DNA from: an uncultured Candidatus Binatia bacterium
GTDB lineage: Bacteria; Desulfobacterota; Binatia; UBA9968; JAJDTQ01
Length of the DNA: 64,000 nucleotides
NCBI GenBank assembly: GCA_965215605.1
Contig: OZ244070.1
Location: 1,888,001 to 1,952,000, forward strand
Reading direction: 5' to 3'
The notes under the pieces are model-generated. The model was not told where the DNA came from. It made no database searches and saw only the letters and a list, made by a program, of their open reading frames with translations. Below are positions 50,022 to 60,284 of the stretch, in pieces. The number at the start of each line of letters is the position of its first letter. Position 1 is the stretch's first letter. The position numbers were made by a program, and so were the translations under genes.

Positions 50022-50839
50022 ACGGTACCGCCCAGGGAGCCTTCGAGCCGCGCCAGTTCCTGGCCGCCGGCCATCATGTCCTGAAGCTCGTCGGCCTTGA
50101 TCTCCCCGCGCATGGCCGTGCCCAGGGTGGCGCCGCGGTTCAGCACCGTGTAGCGGTCGCCCACGGCCATGGCGTGGCGGACGTTGTGGGTGATGAAGAC
50201 CACGCCGATTCCGGATTTGCGGACCCGGTCGATGGTGGTCAGGACGTTGGACGTCTGCCGCACCCCCAGCGCCGACGTGGGCTCGTCCAGGATCAGGATC
50301 TTGGCGCCGAAGTAGACGGCCCGGGTGATGGCGACCGTCTGGCGCTCGCCGCCGGAAAGGGTCCCCACGGCCTGGGCGGGCTCGCGCAGGCGGATGCCCA
50401 TGTCGGCCATCCGGGTCATGGTGACCTCGTTGGCCTTCCTGAAGTCGATGTGCCTGAACGGCCCCCAGCCCTTGGTGGGCTCGCGGCCCATCCAGAAGTT
50501 GCGGGTCACCGACATCAGCGGGATCATCGCCAGGTCCTGGTACACGGTGGCGATGCCGGCCAGCATGGCGTCGCGCGGGCTCTCGAAGGTCACCGGCTGG
50601 CCGCCCATGAAGATCTGCCCGCTGGTGGGCTTGTGCACGCCGGACATGGTCTTGATAAACGTCGATTTGCCGGCGCCGTTGTCTCCCAGCAGGCAATGAC
50701 ATTCCCCCGCGTGCACCGCCACCGAAACCCCCGCCAGGGCGATGACCGCGCCGAAGTGCTTCTCGATCTTTTGCAACTCGATCAGCGGGGCCTCGCCGGT
50801 GTGGACATCGCGCATGTCATAAAGCGGTTCGCTCATCAT
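50018..50839 (-). CDS. Inositol/sugar ABC transporter ATP-binding protein
   Basis: [21 protein letters not shown]. Confidence 0.9.
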
Positions 50840-51933
50840 CGTTCTCCCGTGATCATGCGGCGGATGTAGGTGTTCAGGATCACCGCCAACAACAGGATAA
50901 GGCCGAGGAAGACCCGGAACAGGCTGCTTTCCACGCCGGTGAAGAAGAGGCCCTGTTGCACGACGCCGAAGATCAGCGCTCCCAGGGCCGCGCCCACCAC
51001 CGAGCCGTAGCCGCCCGTCAACAACGCGCCGCCGATGACCACGCAGATGATGGCTTCGAATTCCTTCAGCAGACCGCGGTCGGCGGCGGCGGAGCCGAAC
51101 TCCATCACCTGGCAGGTGGCGAAGACCGTGGCGCAGAACGCCGTCAGCATGAACATGAGGATCTTGACGCGGTTCACCGGAACGCCGGTGTAGAGCGCGG
51201 CCTGGGCGTCGCCGCCCGAGGCGTAGATCCAGTTGCCGAACTTCGTGCGGGTCAGCACCCAGTGCCCGATGATGACCAGCACGATGGCCCACACCATCAG
51301 CATGGGAATGCCGTCGACGATGGGCTCGCCCGCCCGGCGGCCACGGGTGAAGGTCTCGATCATCCCCATGTCCGCGAGCCAGACGAACAGGCCTTTGAAT
51401 ATCTTGCCGCCGAAAAGCGGCGCCAGCCAATCGCCCGCCGCGGCTTCCTTGACGCCGCCGATGATGGTCTTGCGGGTGGCGGCGATGGACAGGAAGATCG
51501 TCAGGCCGCGCAGGATGTAGAGAAACGCCAGGGTGACGATGAAGCTCGGCAGGCCGGTCTTGATCACCAGCCAGCCGTTCAGCGCCCCCAGCGCGATGGC
51601 GATGGCGAAGGCCAGAACGATGCCGGTCCATACCGGAAAGCCCCACTGGACCGAGACGATGGCGATGACGATGCCCGCGAACCCGATCATCGAGCCCACC
51701 GACAGGTCGAACTCGCCCGAGATCATCAGCAGGCACGCGCCCACCGCGATGATGGCGAACTGGGCCGAGACGATGCCCCAGTTCATGGCCCCTTCCGGGC
51801 TGAACATCCCGGTGTCGGCCGCTACCAACAGAAAGAATACGAAAACGAGGATGGTGCCGCAGATGGCGCCCAATTCGGGCCGTATCATCGCGCGGCGGAA
51901 CGATGACATCTCCTTCAAACGTTCGTCGGCCAT
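50836..51933 (-). CDS. Inositol/sugar ABC transporter permease
   Basis: [25 protein letters not shown]. Confidence 0.9.
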   Translation of the reverse strand: MADERLKEMSSFRRAMIRPELGAICGTILVFVFFLLVAADTGMFSPEGAMNWGIVSAQFAIIAVGACLLMISGEFDLSVGSMIGFAGIVIAIVSVQWGFPVWTGIVLAFAIAIALGALNGWLVIKTGLPSFIVTLAFLYILRGLTIFLSIAATRKTIIGGVKEAAAGDWLAPLFGGKIFKGLFVWLADMGMIETFTRGRRAGEPIVDGIPMLMVWAIVLVIIGHWVLTRTKFGNWIYASGGDAQAALYTGVPVNRVKILMFMLTAFCATVFATCQVMEFGSAAADRGLLKEFEAIICVVIGGALLTGGYGSVVGAALGALIFGVVQQGLFFTGVESSLFRVFLGLILLLAVILNTYIRRMITGER

Positions 51934-52055
51934 GACCCCTCCTTTGTGGCCTTCCCGTTGAAGGCCACCCGTCTCAACCGATCAACGTACGGCGGCCCCG
52001 CCGCGGCGCGTGGCCGCGACGGGGACAGACCGTTGCGGAATATGCGAGAGCCCGT

Positions 52056-53006
52056 TCAGCGGAATTCGCCGGCGTACTTCTCCACCAGGCCGATGTTCTT
52101 CTTGGTGACGAAGCCCGGACCCGAGTTCATGTGCCCGGAAGGAAGCACGCCGTAGCGCGCCAGGTTCGTCAGAATGACCACGGGCATGTAGCCCTGGAGG
52201 TAGGGCTGCTGGTCGATGGCGAACGCGATGGTGCCGTCCTTGACGCCCTTGGCGATCTCGTCCGAGAGGTCGAAGGTGGCGAAGTGGACCTCACCCTCGA
52301 GTCCCATATCCCGCAGCGCGGCCAGGGTTGGGTGGGCGGAGGTCGGACCCAGGGTGAGGATGCCGTTGGCGTCCTGGTTGCTGTTGAGATAGGCCTTCAC
52401 CTTGTTCTTGATCTCGGCCGGGTCCTGGCCGCTGTCGATCATCTGGCGGCCGAGCTTCACGCCCAGGGCGTCGGCATAGCCCTGGCAGCGCTCCACCGAG
52501 GCGGGGTTGGTGATGTAGTGGTTGACGCACAGAAACTGCTTCACACCCGCTTTCTTGGCCTGCTTGCCGGCGCCGAGCCCCGCGTCGTATTCCGGCTGCC
52601 CGACGTGCAGCAAGGCGCCGAGTTGCTCCGACTGCTTCTTGGTGCCTGAATTGATGGTGATGACCGGGATGCCCTTGTCCACCGCGGCCGTGATGGGTCC
52701 CTTGAGCACGTCGAAGTCGGCGATGGTGACGATGATGCCCGCGGGGTTGGCCGCCGACGCCTGTTCGACGATGCGCGCCATGTCGGCCAGATCGCCGGTG
52801 GGCGGGTTGCGGTAGTCCACGGTCACGTCCATCTGCTCGCCCGCCACCTTGATGGCGTTCTTGATGGTGTTCCACCAGCTATCGCTGTCGGGCGCGTGGC
52901 TGATCAGGACGAATTTCTCACCCGCCGCGGCGGCTGGCTTGGCGACCATCGCCAAGCCTGAAGCCATCAACGCGGCGGCAGCAAACAACAAGTATCTCGA
53001 TTTCAT
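52056..53006 (-). CDS. Inositol/sugar ABC transporter substrate-binding protein
   Basis: Signal peptide; SHAPDSDSWW, DQQPYLQGY. Confidence 0.9.
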   Translation of the reverse strand: MKSRYLLFAAAALMASGLAMVAKPAAAAGEKFVLISHAPDSDSWWNTIKNAIKVAGEQMDVTVDYRNPPTGDLADMARIVEQASAANPAGIIVTIADFDVLKGPITAAVDKGIPVITINSGTKKQSEQLGALLHVGQPEYDAGLGAGKQAKKAGVKQFLCVNHYITNPASVERCQGYADALGVKLGRQMIDSGQDPAEIKNKVKAYLNSNQDANGILTLGPTSAHPTLAALRDMGLEGEVHFATFDLSDEIAKGVKDGTIAFAIDQQPYLQGYMPVVILTNLARYGVLPSGHMNSGPGFVTKKNIGLVEKYAGEFR

Positions 53007-53307
53007 GAGTTCCTCCTTTCGCGCCGGGTGCGTGCACCGTTGGGCGAAGCCGGCGCGTCGGACCGGCTGGCGCCCTCTCGGCAGCGGCAATTAATGAGAT
53101 CTTCGCCAATAATATAAGCGCAATCGCTGGAATTGAAAGCAGAACATCAGGCCTCGTCCACCGAACGAACAAGAGACAGCGACACGGCACAGAGTTTGCT
53201 TCCCATTGAGTACTTTTGAGTCCTCTCCAGTACTCTTGAGACCTCTCGCGGTCCGGCGGCGAAATCCTTCGGGCCTGACCGCAAAAGCATTCCTGAAGGG
53301 CTGCCCG

Positions 53308-53883
53308 ATGAAGTGCCGTGTCTTGCTGATCGACGATCATTCACCCTCGCGGACCCGCCTGGAGCGTGTCCTGAACGAAGAGGGGTTCACCATCGTCGGT
53401 CAAGGGTCCGATGGTGCGTCCTCCCTGTCCCTGGTTCGGCGGACGAAGCCAGACGTGGTTCTCATGGCCGTGGGCCTTGCCGACCTGGACGGTGTCCGTG
53501 CGGCTCGACGGATCATGGAGGAGAGCCCCGTCCCCATCGTCCTGATTACCAGTCACTACGAACAAGAGACCGTGGATCGGGCGATAGCGGCAGGGATCGT
53601 GGGGTATCTGATCAAGCCCCTGAGGCGGGAGGAACTTCGCCCGTGTATCGGGTTGGCGGTCTCGCGCTTCGAGGAGCTCCGCGCCCTGAGGCGTCAGAAC
53701 GAGGAACTGCAGCATGCCATGGAGGTCCGCAAGGACATCGAACGCGCCAAGGGCATCCTGATGAAGAGCCGCGGTCTGTCTGAGGCGGACGCTTTCGCCC
53801 TGCTGCGGAAGAGGAGCATGGACACGCGGAAGTCCTTGGTCGAGATAGCCCGCGCGGTGATCGTCACCGCGGACATGGCGTAG
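53308..53883 (+). CDS. ANTAR-domain antiterminator (NasT/AmiR-like) with receiver-like domain
   Basis: REC fold plus RKDIERAKGILM..LSEADAF..LRKRSM. Confidence 0.9.
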   Translation: MKCRVLLIDDHSPSRTRLERVLNEEGFTIVGQGSDGASSLSLVRRTKPDVVLMAVGLADLDGVRAARRIMEESPVPIVLITSHYEQETVDRAIAAGIVGYLIKPLRREELRPCIGLAVSRFEELRALRRQNEELQHAMEVRKDIERAKGILMKSRGLSEADAFALLRKRSMDTRKSLVEIARAVIVTADMA

Positions 53884-53965
53884 CCTGGCCGTGTCCCGCG
53901 GTTCATCGCACATGGCTGGATGTGCCGCGTCCGCGGCCCCCTGGAAACGCTCGATGTTTGGGCAC

Positions 53966-54061
53966 TGCAAACTTTTTGGGCAGTCGGTTGCCCGGATCGG
54001 ATACACGGACGCCGGTTGCGACCGCGTTCTGGGGTGGTTCAGGGGTGGCATGGCAATTGCT
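53966..54061 (+). promoter_or_regulatory. NtrC-like site and sigma54 promoter
   Basis: TGC-N11-GCA at 53966-53982; TGGCA-TGGCAA-TTGCT (GG-N10-GC) at 54046-54061. Confidence 0.75.
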
Positions 54062-54166
54062 TATATTTGCACGTAGACGATGACCGTCCAGGCTTCCCGT
54101 TGAGCACGTTCCCGTGCGGCGGAATGCCGGAGTCATTGAAAGTTCGATCGAGTCGGAGAGCCTGAC

Positions 54167-54237
54167 GGTTCCAACGTTGCAACCGAGGGCTGGGCAAAGG
54201 CGCCTGTTCTTCCCGAGTGGGAGAGGCGCCTTTTTTT
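54167..54237 (+). terminator. ANTAR dual-hairpin leader overlapping an intrinsic terminator
   Basis: CAACGTTG and CAAAGGCG hairpin loops; aaaggcgcct...aggcgcc-T7 terminator. Confidence 0.8.
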
Positions 54238-54255
54238 ATTGTGGAGGTCAAAACG

Positions 54256-55629
54256 ATGTCGAAATTCGGTCTGGACGATCCATTCGATCCCGAGAGCCAT
54301 CTGTCGCACGCGGAGCACCATCAGCATGAGCCGGAGGGGTCCCATGGCGCCGCAACCGAGGCCCAGGGAACCGAGGCGATCATTGATCGCGCGGTGGAGA
54401 GCGCGGTGGTGCGCGCGGTGTTCGGCCACAACGAAATGGCCCGAAGACGGTTTCTGAAGCTCGTCGGCTCCGGCACGGCCGCGGCCGTATTGAGCTCGGT
54501 GTTCCCGCTGGCCACGGCCAAGGCCCTGGCCCAGGAGAAGGCGAAGGGCATCGAGAAGAAGGACCTGACCGTGGGCTTCATTCCCATCACATGCGCCACG
54601 CCCATCATCATGGCCGAACCCATGGGCTTCTATGAGAAGCACGGACTCAACGCCAAGGTGCGCAGGGCGGCCGGTTGGGCGATGGTGCGCGACTGGGCCA
54701 TCAACAAGGACGTGGACGCCGCCCACATGCTCAGCCCCATGCCCCTGTCCATCACCTTGGGCGCGGGATCGAAACAGGTTCCCTACCTGATGCCCGCGGT
54801 GGAGAACATCAACGGCCAGGCCATCACGCTGCACAGCAAGCACAAGGGCGTGAAGAGCGCCGCGGACATGAAGGGCTTTCGCTTCTGTGTTCCCTTCCGT
54901 TACTCCATGCACAATTACCTGCTGCGCTACTACCTTGCCGAGGGAGGCGTGCACCCCGACAAGGACGTGCAGATTCGCGTGGTGCCGCCGCCGGAGATGG
55001 TAGCGAACCTCAAGGCGGGCAACGTGGACGGCTATCTTGCACCGGATCCCTTCAACCAGCGGGCGGTGTACGAGAACGCCGGCTACATTTACATGCTTTC
55101 CAAGGAGATCTGGGATGGACATCCGTGCTGCGCGTTCGCCATCTCGCAGGAGTTTGCTACCACCTATCCCAATACCTTCCAGGCGCTGTTCCGGTCCATC
55201 GTCGATGCGACGCACTTCGCTTCCAAGTCCGAGAACCGCAAGGACATCGCCAAGGCCATCGCTCCCAAGAACTATCTGAACCAGCCCGTGATCGTGCTGG
55301 AGCAGGTCCTGACGGGCCGCTTCGCCGACGGGCTCGGCAACATCAGGAACGTCCCTGATCGTATCGATTTCGATCCGTTCCCCTGGCACTCCATGGCCGT
55401 GTGGATCCTCACCCAGACGAAGCGCTGGAAACACGTGAAAAGTGACTTCGATTACAAGACGGTGGCCGAACGGGTCTATCTGGCATCCGAGTGCGGCCGG
55501 ATTTCCAAGGAACAGGGCTACGAGACTCACGGAAACACCTACGCGAAACATACGCTGATGAACGGCAAGGTATTCGATCCTGCCAAGCCGGATGCGTATC
55601 TGGCGAGCTTCGACATCAGCAACCTGTAA
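54256..55629 (+). CDS. CmpA/NrtA/CynA-family ABC substrate-binding protein (probably cyanate)
   Basis: RRRFL twin-arginine-like motif; GFIPITCATP, HMLSPMP, PDPFNQRA, HPCC. Confidence 0.88.
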   Translation: MSKFGLDDPFDPESHLSHAEHHQHEPEGSHGAATEAQGTEAIIDRAVESAVVRAVFGHNEMARRRFLKLVGSGTAAAVLSSVFPLATAKALAQEKAKGIEKKDLTVGFIPITCATPIIMAEPMGFYEKHGLNAKVRRAAGWAMVRDWAINKDVDAAHMLSPMPLSITLGAGSKQVPYLMPAVENINGQAITLHSKHKGVKSAADMKGFRFCVPFRYSMHNYLLRYYLAEGGVHPDKDVQIRVVPPPEMVANLKAGNVDGYLAPDPFNQRAVYENAGYIYMLSKEIWDGHPCCAFAISQEFATTYPNTFQALFRSIVDATHFASKSENRKDIAKAIAPKNYLNQPVIVLEQVLTGRFADGLGNIRNVPDRIDFDPFPWHSMAVWILTQTKRWKHVKSDFDYKTVAERVYLASECGRISKEQGYETHGNTYAKHTLMNGKVFDPAKPDAYLASFDISNL

Positions 55630-55640
55630 GGAGCGAGACG

Positions 55641-56540
55641 GTGGCGCACTCGTTACTATTGCGGATCAAGGGGAAGGCCGGTTCCCTGCTTATTTCCTTG
55701 TTGGTAACAAGCGCCTTCGTCGCAACGTGGCACATCGCAACCGTCCGGGCCCCGTTCGATCCGACGGGTCTCACGGAAGAACAGTTGATGAACCTGGAAT
55801 TCAACGGCGACATCGTCCGTGCCGAGGACGGACGTTATATCCACAACCCCGACAAGGTGAAGGGCCTGGCGGGACCGTGGGACGTGATGGCGAAGATTGG
55901 AGAGGAGTTGTCCGACCCGTTTCACAAGAAGGGGACCAACGACCACGGCATCGCTCACCTGATTCGTTATACGGTCACGCGCTTCGCCATCGGCTTTGCC
56001 GCGGCGTCGGTGCTGGCGGTGCTCATCGGCATGGTGATCGGCTTGTCGCGCACCCTGTTCGAGGCGTTCAACCCCTTCATCCAACTACTCAAACCCATAT
56101 CGCCGCTGGCGTGGATGCCCTTGCTTCTCTACACGGTGCAAAACCCGACCATGACCGCGATACTTGTGGTGTTCATGGCCTCGTTGTGGCCCACGGTGGC
56201 CAATACCGCCTTCGGCGTGAACTCCATGCGTACGGACTACCTTCGGGTTGCCAGCCTGTTGCAACTCTCGTGGTTCCGCCGGCTCATCATGGTGGTGCTG
56301 CCGGCCGCGGCCCCCGCCATCGTCGCCGGGCTCCGGATATCGTTCGGCAGCGCCTTGGTGGCGGTGGTCCCGGCCGAGATGCTCCTGGGCGAGCTGGGAG
56401 TCGGCTACCTGAGCTGGATCGAATGGAACAACCTCGACATCTCCGGGGTCATATTCGCGATTCTGGTGGTGGGCGTGGTGGGCGTCATCCTGGACAGCGG
56501 CTTCAACCGCTTGGCCAAGCTCGTCACTTACGCGGAGTAA
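55641..56540 (+). CDS. Nitrate/cyanate ABC permease
   Basis: NDHGI, PISPLAW, NTAFGV, PAEML. Confidence 0.88.
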   Translation: MAHSLLLRIKGKAGSLLISLLVTSAFVATWHIATVRAPFDPTGLTEEQLMNLEFNGDIVRAEDGRYIHNPDKVKGLAGPWDVMAKIGEELSDPFHKKGTNDHGIAHLIRYTVTRFAIGFAAASVLAVLIGMVIGLSRTLFEAFNPFIQLLKPISPLAWMPLLLYTVQNPTMTAILVVFMASLWPTVANTAFGVNSMRTDYLRVASLLQLSWFRRLIMVVLPAAAPAIVAGLRISFGSALVAVVPAEMLLGELGVGYLSWIEWNNLDISGVIFAILVVGVVGVILDSGFNRLAKLVTYAE

Positions 56541-56548
56541 CCAGCGCC

Positions 56549-57376
56549 ATGAATGCATTCTTCGAGATCGACCACGTAACCAAGTACTTCGGGGATTCCG
56601 CCGGCGCTTCTTCCTGGACGGCTCGGTCGAACTCCTTCTGCGTCATGAAGGATGTCAGCCTGAGCATCGCGCGCGGGGAGTTCATCAGCACCATCGGCCA
56701 CTCCGGATGCGGCAAGAGCACGTTGCTCAACATCATGGCCGGTTTCGAGAAGCCTTCGGCGGGCGGCATTATCCTCGACGGTCGGGAGGTCACCGACCCT
56801 GGGCTCGACCGCATGGTCGTATTCCAGAGCTTTGCCCTGATGCCGTGGTTGTCGGCCCTGGACAACATCCGCATCGGGGTCCGCGCGGCCCACCCCGACT
56901 GGGGCAAGGCGCAAGCTCTCGAGCATACGCAGAAATATATCGACCTCATGGGTTTGAAGGGAGCCGAGGCCAAGCGGCCGGCGTTCCTGTCGGGCGGGAT
57001 GCGTCAGCGCGTGGGTCTGGCTAGGGCCTTCGCCGTGGAGCCCAAGATTCTGCTGCTGGACGAGCCGTTCGCGCAGATCGACGCCCTCACGCGAGGGGTC
57101 ATCCAGGAGGAACTGGTGCGCATGTGGAGCGCGACGAAAAATACGATCTTCATGGTCACGCACGACGTGGACGAAGCCATTCTGTTGTCGGACCGAATCG
57201 CGCTGATGTCCAACAGCCCGGAGGCTCGCATTGCCGATTGCATTGAAGTCGATATCCCGCGGCCACGCACGCGGGAGTCCGTCATCGATATGCCCGAGTA
57301 CACGAGGATCCGGAACCATGTGCTGCGGTTCCTGATCAGCGGTGCCCGAAACGGAGAGCGGCCGGCCCTGAACTGA
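56549..57376 (+). CDS. Nitrate/cyanate ABC ATP-binding protein
   Basis: GHSGCGKS, LSGGMRQR, LLDEPF, THDVDEA. Confidence 0.9.
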   Translation: MNAFFEIDHVTKYFGDSAGASSWTARSNSFCVMKDVSLSIARGEFISTIGHSGCGKSTLLNIMAGFEKPSAGGIILDGREVTDPGLDRMVVFQSFALMPWLSALDNIRIGVRAAHPDWGKAQALEHTQKYIDLMGLKGAEAKRPAFLSGGMRQRVGLARAFAVEPKILLLDEPFAQIDALTRGVIQEELVRMWSATKNTIFMVTHDVDEAILLSDRIALMSNSPEARIADCIEVDIPRPRTRESVIDMPEYTRIRNHVLRFLISGARNGERPALN

Positions 57377-57433
57377 TGGTGGGCCGGCCCCCATCCATCG
57401 TGAAGTCATTCTCAAACTCAAGGAGGGAGTGTC

Positions 57434-57907
57434 ATGGCATTGGAAAAACTGATGAGCAGGGAAGAGGCCAGGGACATCATGCTGGCGGCCAAAAAGGAGA
57501 AGGGTCTGAGCTTTCAGGAAATCGCCGCCGCCGTGGGCCGGGACAAGGTTTGGGTCGCCGCGGCCTTCATGGGCCAGGGAACCATGGACGAAGCAGAGGC
57601 TCAAAAGGCGGTGGGCGCGGTGGGCCTGGACGAAAGCGTGGCCTCCGAGGTTGCTTCGGCGCTGCAGGAGATCCCCACCAAGGGCTCCCTTGACAGCACG
57701 GTTCCAGTGGACCCGCTGATCTACCGGTTCCACGAGATCACCCAGATCTACGGCACCTCGATGAAGGCGATCATCCACGAGATGTTCGGCGACGGCATCA
57801 TGAGCGCCATCGACTTCGAGCTGGACGTCCAGAAGGAGGAAGACCCCAAGGGCGACCGGGTCGTCGTCACCTACAGCGGGAAGTTTCTGCCGTATCGAAA
57901 GTGGTGA
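57434..57907 (+). CDS. cynS: Cyanase
   Basis: PVDPLIYRFHE, EMFGDGIMSAIDF, GKFLPY. Confidence 0.95.
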   Translation: MALEKLMSREEARDIMLAAKKEKGLSFQEIAAAVGRDKVWVAAAFMGQGTMDEAEAQKAVGAVGLDESVASEVASALQEIPTKGSLDSTVPVDPLIYRFHEITQIYGTSMKAIIHEMFGDGIMSAIDFELDVQKEEDPKGDRVVVTYSGKFLPYRKW

Positions 57908-58024
57908 CCGCGACAGTGCCCCACCGATCAGAAGGGTTCGATCAAGCGCGGCTTGTCGTCTTGGCCCGCGTCCGACCATCCATTACAATGAACGAATCAT
58001 CGGTTCGCGTTGTGGAGGGACGGC

Positions 58025-59152
58025 ATGCGCGCTATCGGAGTCGGTCTGATCGGCACGGGCTTCATGGGCAAGTGCCATACGCTCGCTTACCGCTCCGTCC
58101 GGGCGGTGTTCGATGCGCCACTGTCGCCGCGTTTGATTTCCGTGTGCGACCGGCAGGCCGCCGCCGCCGAGCGGCACGCCGCGCAAGGCGGCTTCGACAA
58201 GGCCACCGATGACTGGCGCGCCGTGGTGGACGACCCCGATGTCGACCTCGTCTCCATCACGACCCCGAACAAGTTCCATTACGAGATGGCGATGGCCGCG
58301 CTGGCGGCGGGGAAGCACGTCTACTGCGAGAAGCCCCTGGCTCTGACCCTGGACGAGGCCGAACGCATGGCCGCGGCCGCGGCGAAGGCCGGGGGCAAGA
58401 CCATCGTCGGCTACGCCTACACCTGCAACCCCTTGTATCAGCACGCCCGCGCGCTGCTCCGTTCCGGCGCCATCGGGCGACCGTTGTTCTTTCGCGGCGT
58501 CTGCGACGAGGACTACCAAGCCGACCCGGAACTGCCGTGGACCTGGCGCTCGGCCAAGGCCGAGGCCGGACTGGGCGTGTTGGGGGACATGATGTGCCAC
58601 CTGGTCAGCATGGCCGACGGCCTGCTGGGTCCCATCGAGACCGTTCTTGCCGACTGCCGCATCCACTACGCTACCCGTCCCGCCGCCGGCGGCGAACGGC
58701 TCCCGGTGGAGAACGAGGACGTCGCCTCCGCCCTGGTTACCTTCGAGAGCGGCGTCACCGGAACGCTCTCGTCGTCCCGTGCCGCCTGGGGCCGGAAGAA
58801 CCATCTGGCGTGGGAGCTTCACGGCGACGCCGGCATGCTGACCCAGGACCAGGAGCGCATGAACGAGCTTCGGATCTACCGGAACGACGGGCCCAGGAGC
58901 GATCAGGGTTTCAAGACCATCCTGGCCGGGCCGGCACACGAGCCCTACGGCAACTTCTGCCCGGCGCCCGGCCACGGCCTTGGCTTCAACGACCTCAAGA
59001 CCATCGAACTGGCCAACTTCCTCAAGGCCATCGCGGACGACGCGCCGGCCTATCCCGATTTCGCCGCCGCCCTGCGGTTCGAGCGAGTCATCCACGCCAT
59101 CGCGCGGTCGGCAGAGAGCGGGGCGAGGGTGCGCGCGGATAAAACGGGATGA
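58025..59152 (+). CDS. Gfo/Idh/MocA oxidoreductase (inositol dehydrogenase-like)
   Basis: IGTGFMGKCH, YCEKP, QERMNEL, PGHGLGFNDLK. Confidence 0.88.
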   Translation: MRAIGVGLIGTGFMGKCHTLAYRSVRAVFDAPLSPRLISVCDRQAAAAERHAAQGGFDKATDDWRAVVDDPDVDLVSITTPNKFHYEMAMAALAAGKHVYCEKPLALTLDEAERMAAAAAKAGGKTIVGYAYTCNPLYQHARALLRSGAIGRPLFFRGVCDEDYQADPELPWTWRSAKAEAGLGVLGDMMCHLVSMADGLLGPIETVLADCRIHYATRPAAGGERLPVENEDVASALVTFESGVTGTLSSSRAAWGRKNHLAWELHGDAGMLTQDQERMNELRIYRNDGPRSDQGFKTILAGPAHEPYGNFCPAPGHGLGFNDLKTIELANFLKAIADDAPAYPDFAAALRFERVIHAIARSAESGARVRADKTG

Positions 59153-59174
59153 GCCGGCAAATCAAGAGGTAGGC

Positions 59175-60158
59175 ATGCCGCGGAACGAACAAGTCACGCG
59201 ACAGTGGCTTCTGTTGAAGAGACTGGAGGGCGCCCGCGGCGGGACGCTGCAGGAATTGGCGGCATCCCTGCCCGAAGACTACGCGCGCCACCCCCGCACC
59301 ATCCGGCGTGATCTGGAGGCGCTGGAGTCGGCGCATATCCCTCTCATCACCGAGCATCGGAACGGCCGGACCGTGTGGCGCCTGATGGACGGCTACCGCC
59401 AGACGCTGCCGCTGGCGCTATCGCCGACGGAGTTGATGGCGCTGGTGTTCAGCCGCGATCTCCTGAAGCCCCTGGAGGGAACGGAGATCAAGGAGTCGCT
59501 GGATTCGGCGCTGAACAAGGCCACGGCCGCGTTGCCGGCCGAAGGCGCGCTGTACGTCGAGGCCCTGCGCGGCCATTTCGCGGTTGGACTGGGGTCCCAC
59601 AAGACCTACCGCGAGCACCGCCACACCATTGGGCAACTCTCCCGGGCTATCTCCCGCACCCGCACGGTCCAGATGCGCTACTACACCGCATCGCGCAACA
59701 GGACGGGCCGGCGCGATGTGGATCCCTACCGCCTGTGGTACGCCGACGGCGGCTTGTTTCTCATAGGCTACTGCCACCTCAGGCGCGACGTGCGCACGTT
59801 CGCCGTCGATCGCATTCGTTCCCTGGCCATCACCAGCCGTCCCTGCCAGATGCCCCTCGGATTCGATCTCGACGCCTACGTCAAGGACGCCCTCGTGGTG
59901 ATGCGCGGGAAGCGCATCGAGCTGGAACTGCTGTTCGACCGGCCCACCACCGCATGGGTGAAGGGGCGCATCTGGCACCCAAGCCAGAAGACCCACGTGA
60001 CCCGGGACGGCCGCCTCGCCCTGTCGCTCCGGGTCGCGGACACGCCCGAGCTGGTGGGCTGGGTGCTCCACTTCGGCAGCGGCGTCAAGGTCATCCGTCC
60101 CGCAACCTTCCGCGACAAGGTCCGCGAAGAAATCCGAAAGATTCTCGACCGGGCGTGA
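59175..60158 (+). CDS. wHTH-WYL-WCX transcriptional regulator
   Basis: RTIRRDLEAL, R.VDPY.L..LFLIGYC..RTFAVDRI, WVLHFG. Confidence 0.9.
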   Translation: MPRNEQVTRQWLLLKRLEGARGGTLQELAASLPEDYARHPRTIRRDLEALESAHIPLITEHRNGRTVWRLMDGYRQTLPLALSPTELMALVFSRDLLKPLEGTEIKESLDSALNKATAALPAEGALYVEALRGHFAVGLGSHKTYREHRHTIGQLSRAISRTRTVQMRYYTASRNRTGRRDVDPYRLWYADGGLFLIGYCHLRRDVRTFAVDRIRSLAITSRPCQMPLGFDLDAYVKDALVVMRGKRIELELLFDRPTTAWVKGRIWHPSQKTHVTRDGRLALSLRVADTPELVGWVLHFGSGVKVIRPATFRDKVREEIRKILDRA

Positions 60159-60284
60159 CCCCGGATGTCACTCCTGCCTGCTACCTCTTACGGCCAAGCC
60201 CTCGCGATTCGTTTAAGGACGGCGCGAGAGGCAGAAGGTGGCCGCACGGGACGGAACGATTCAGCGCGATGGATGAGGGGTGAC

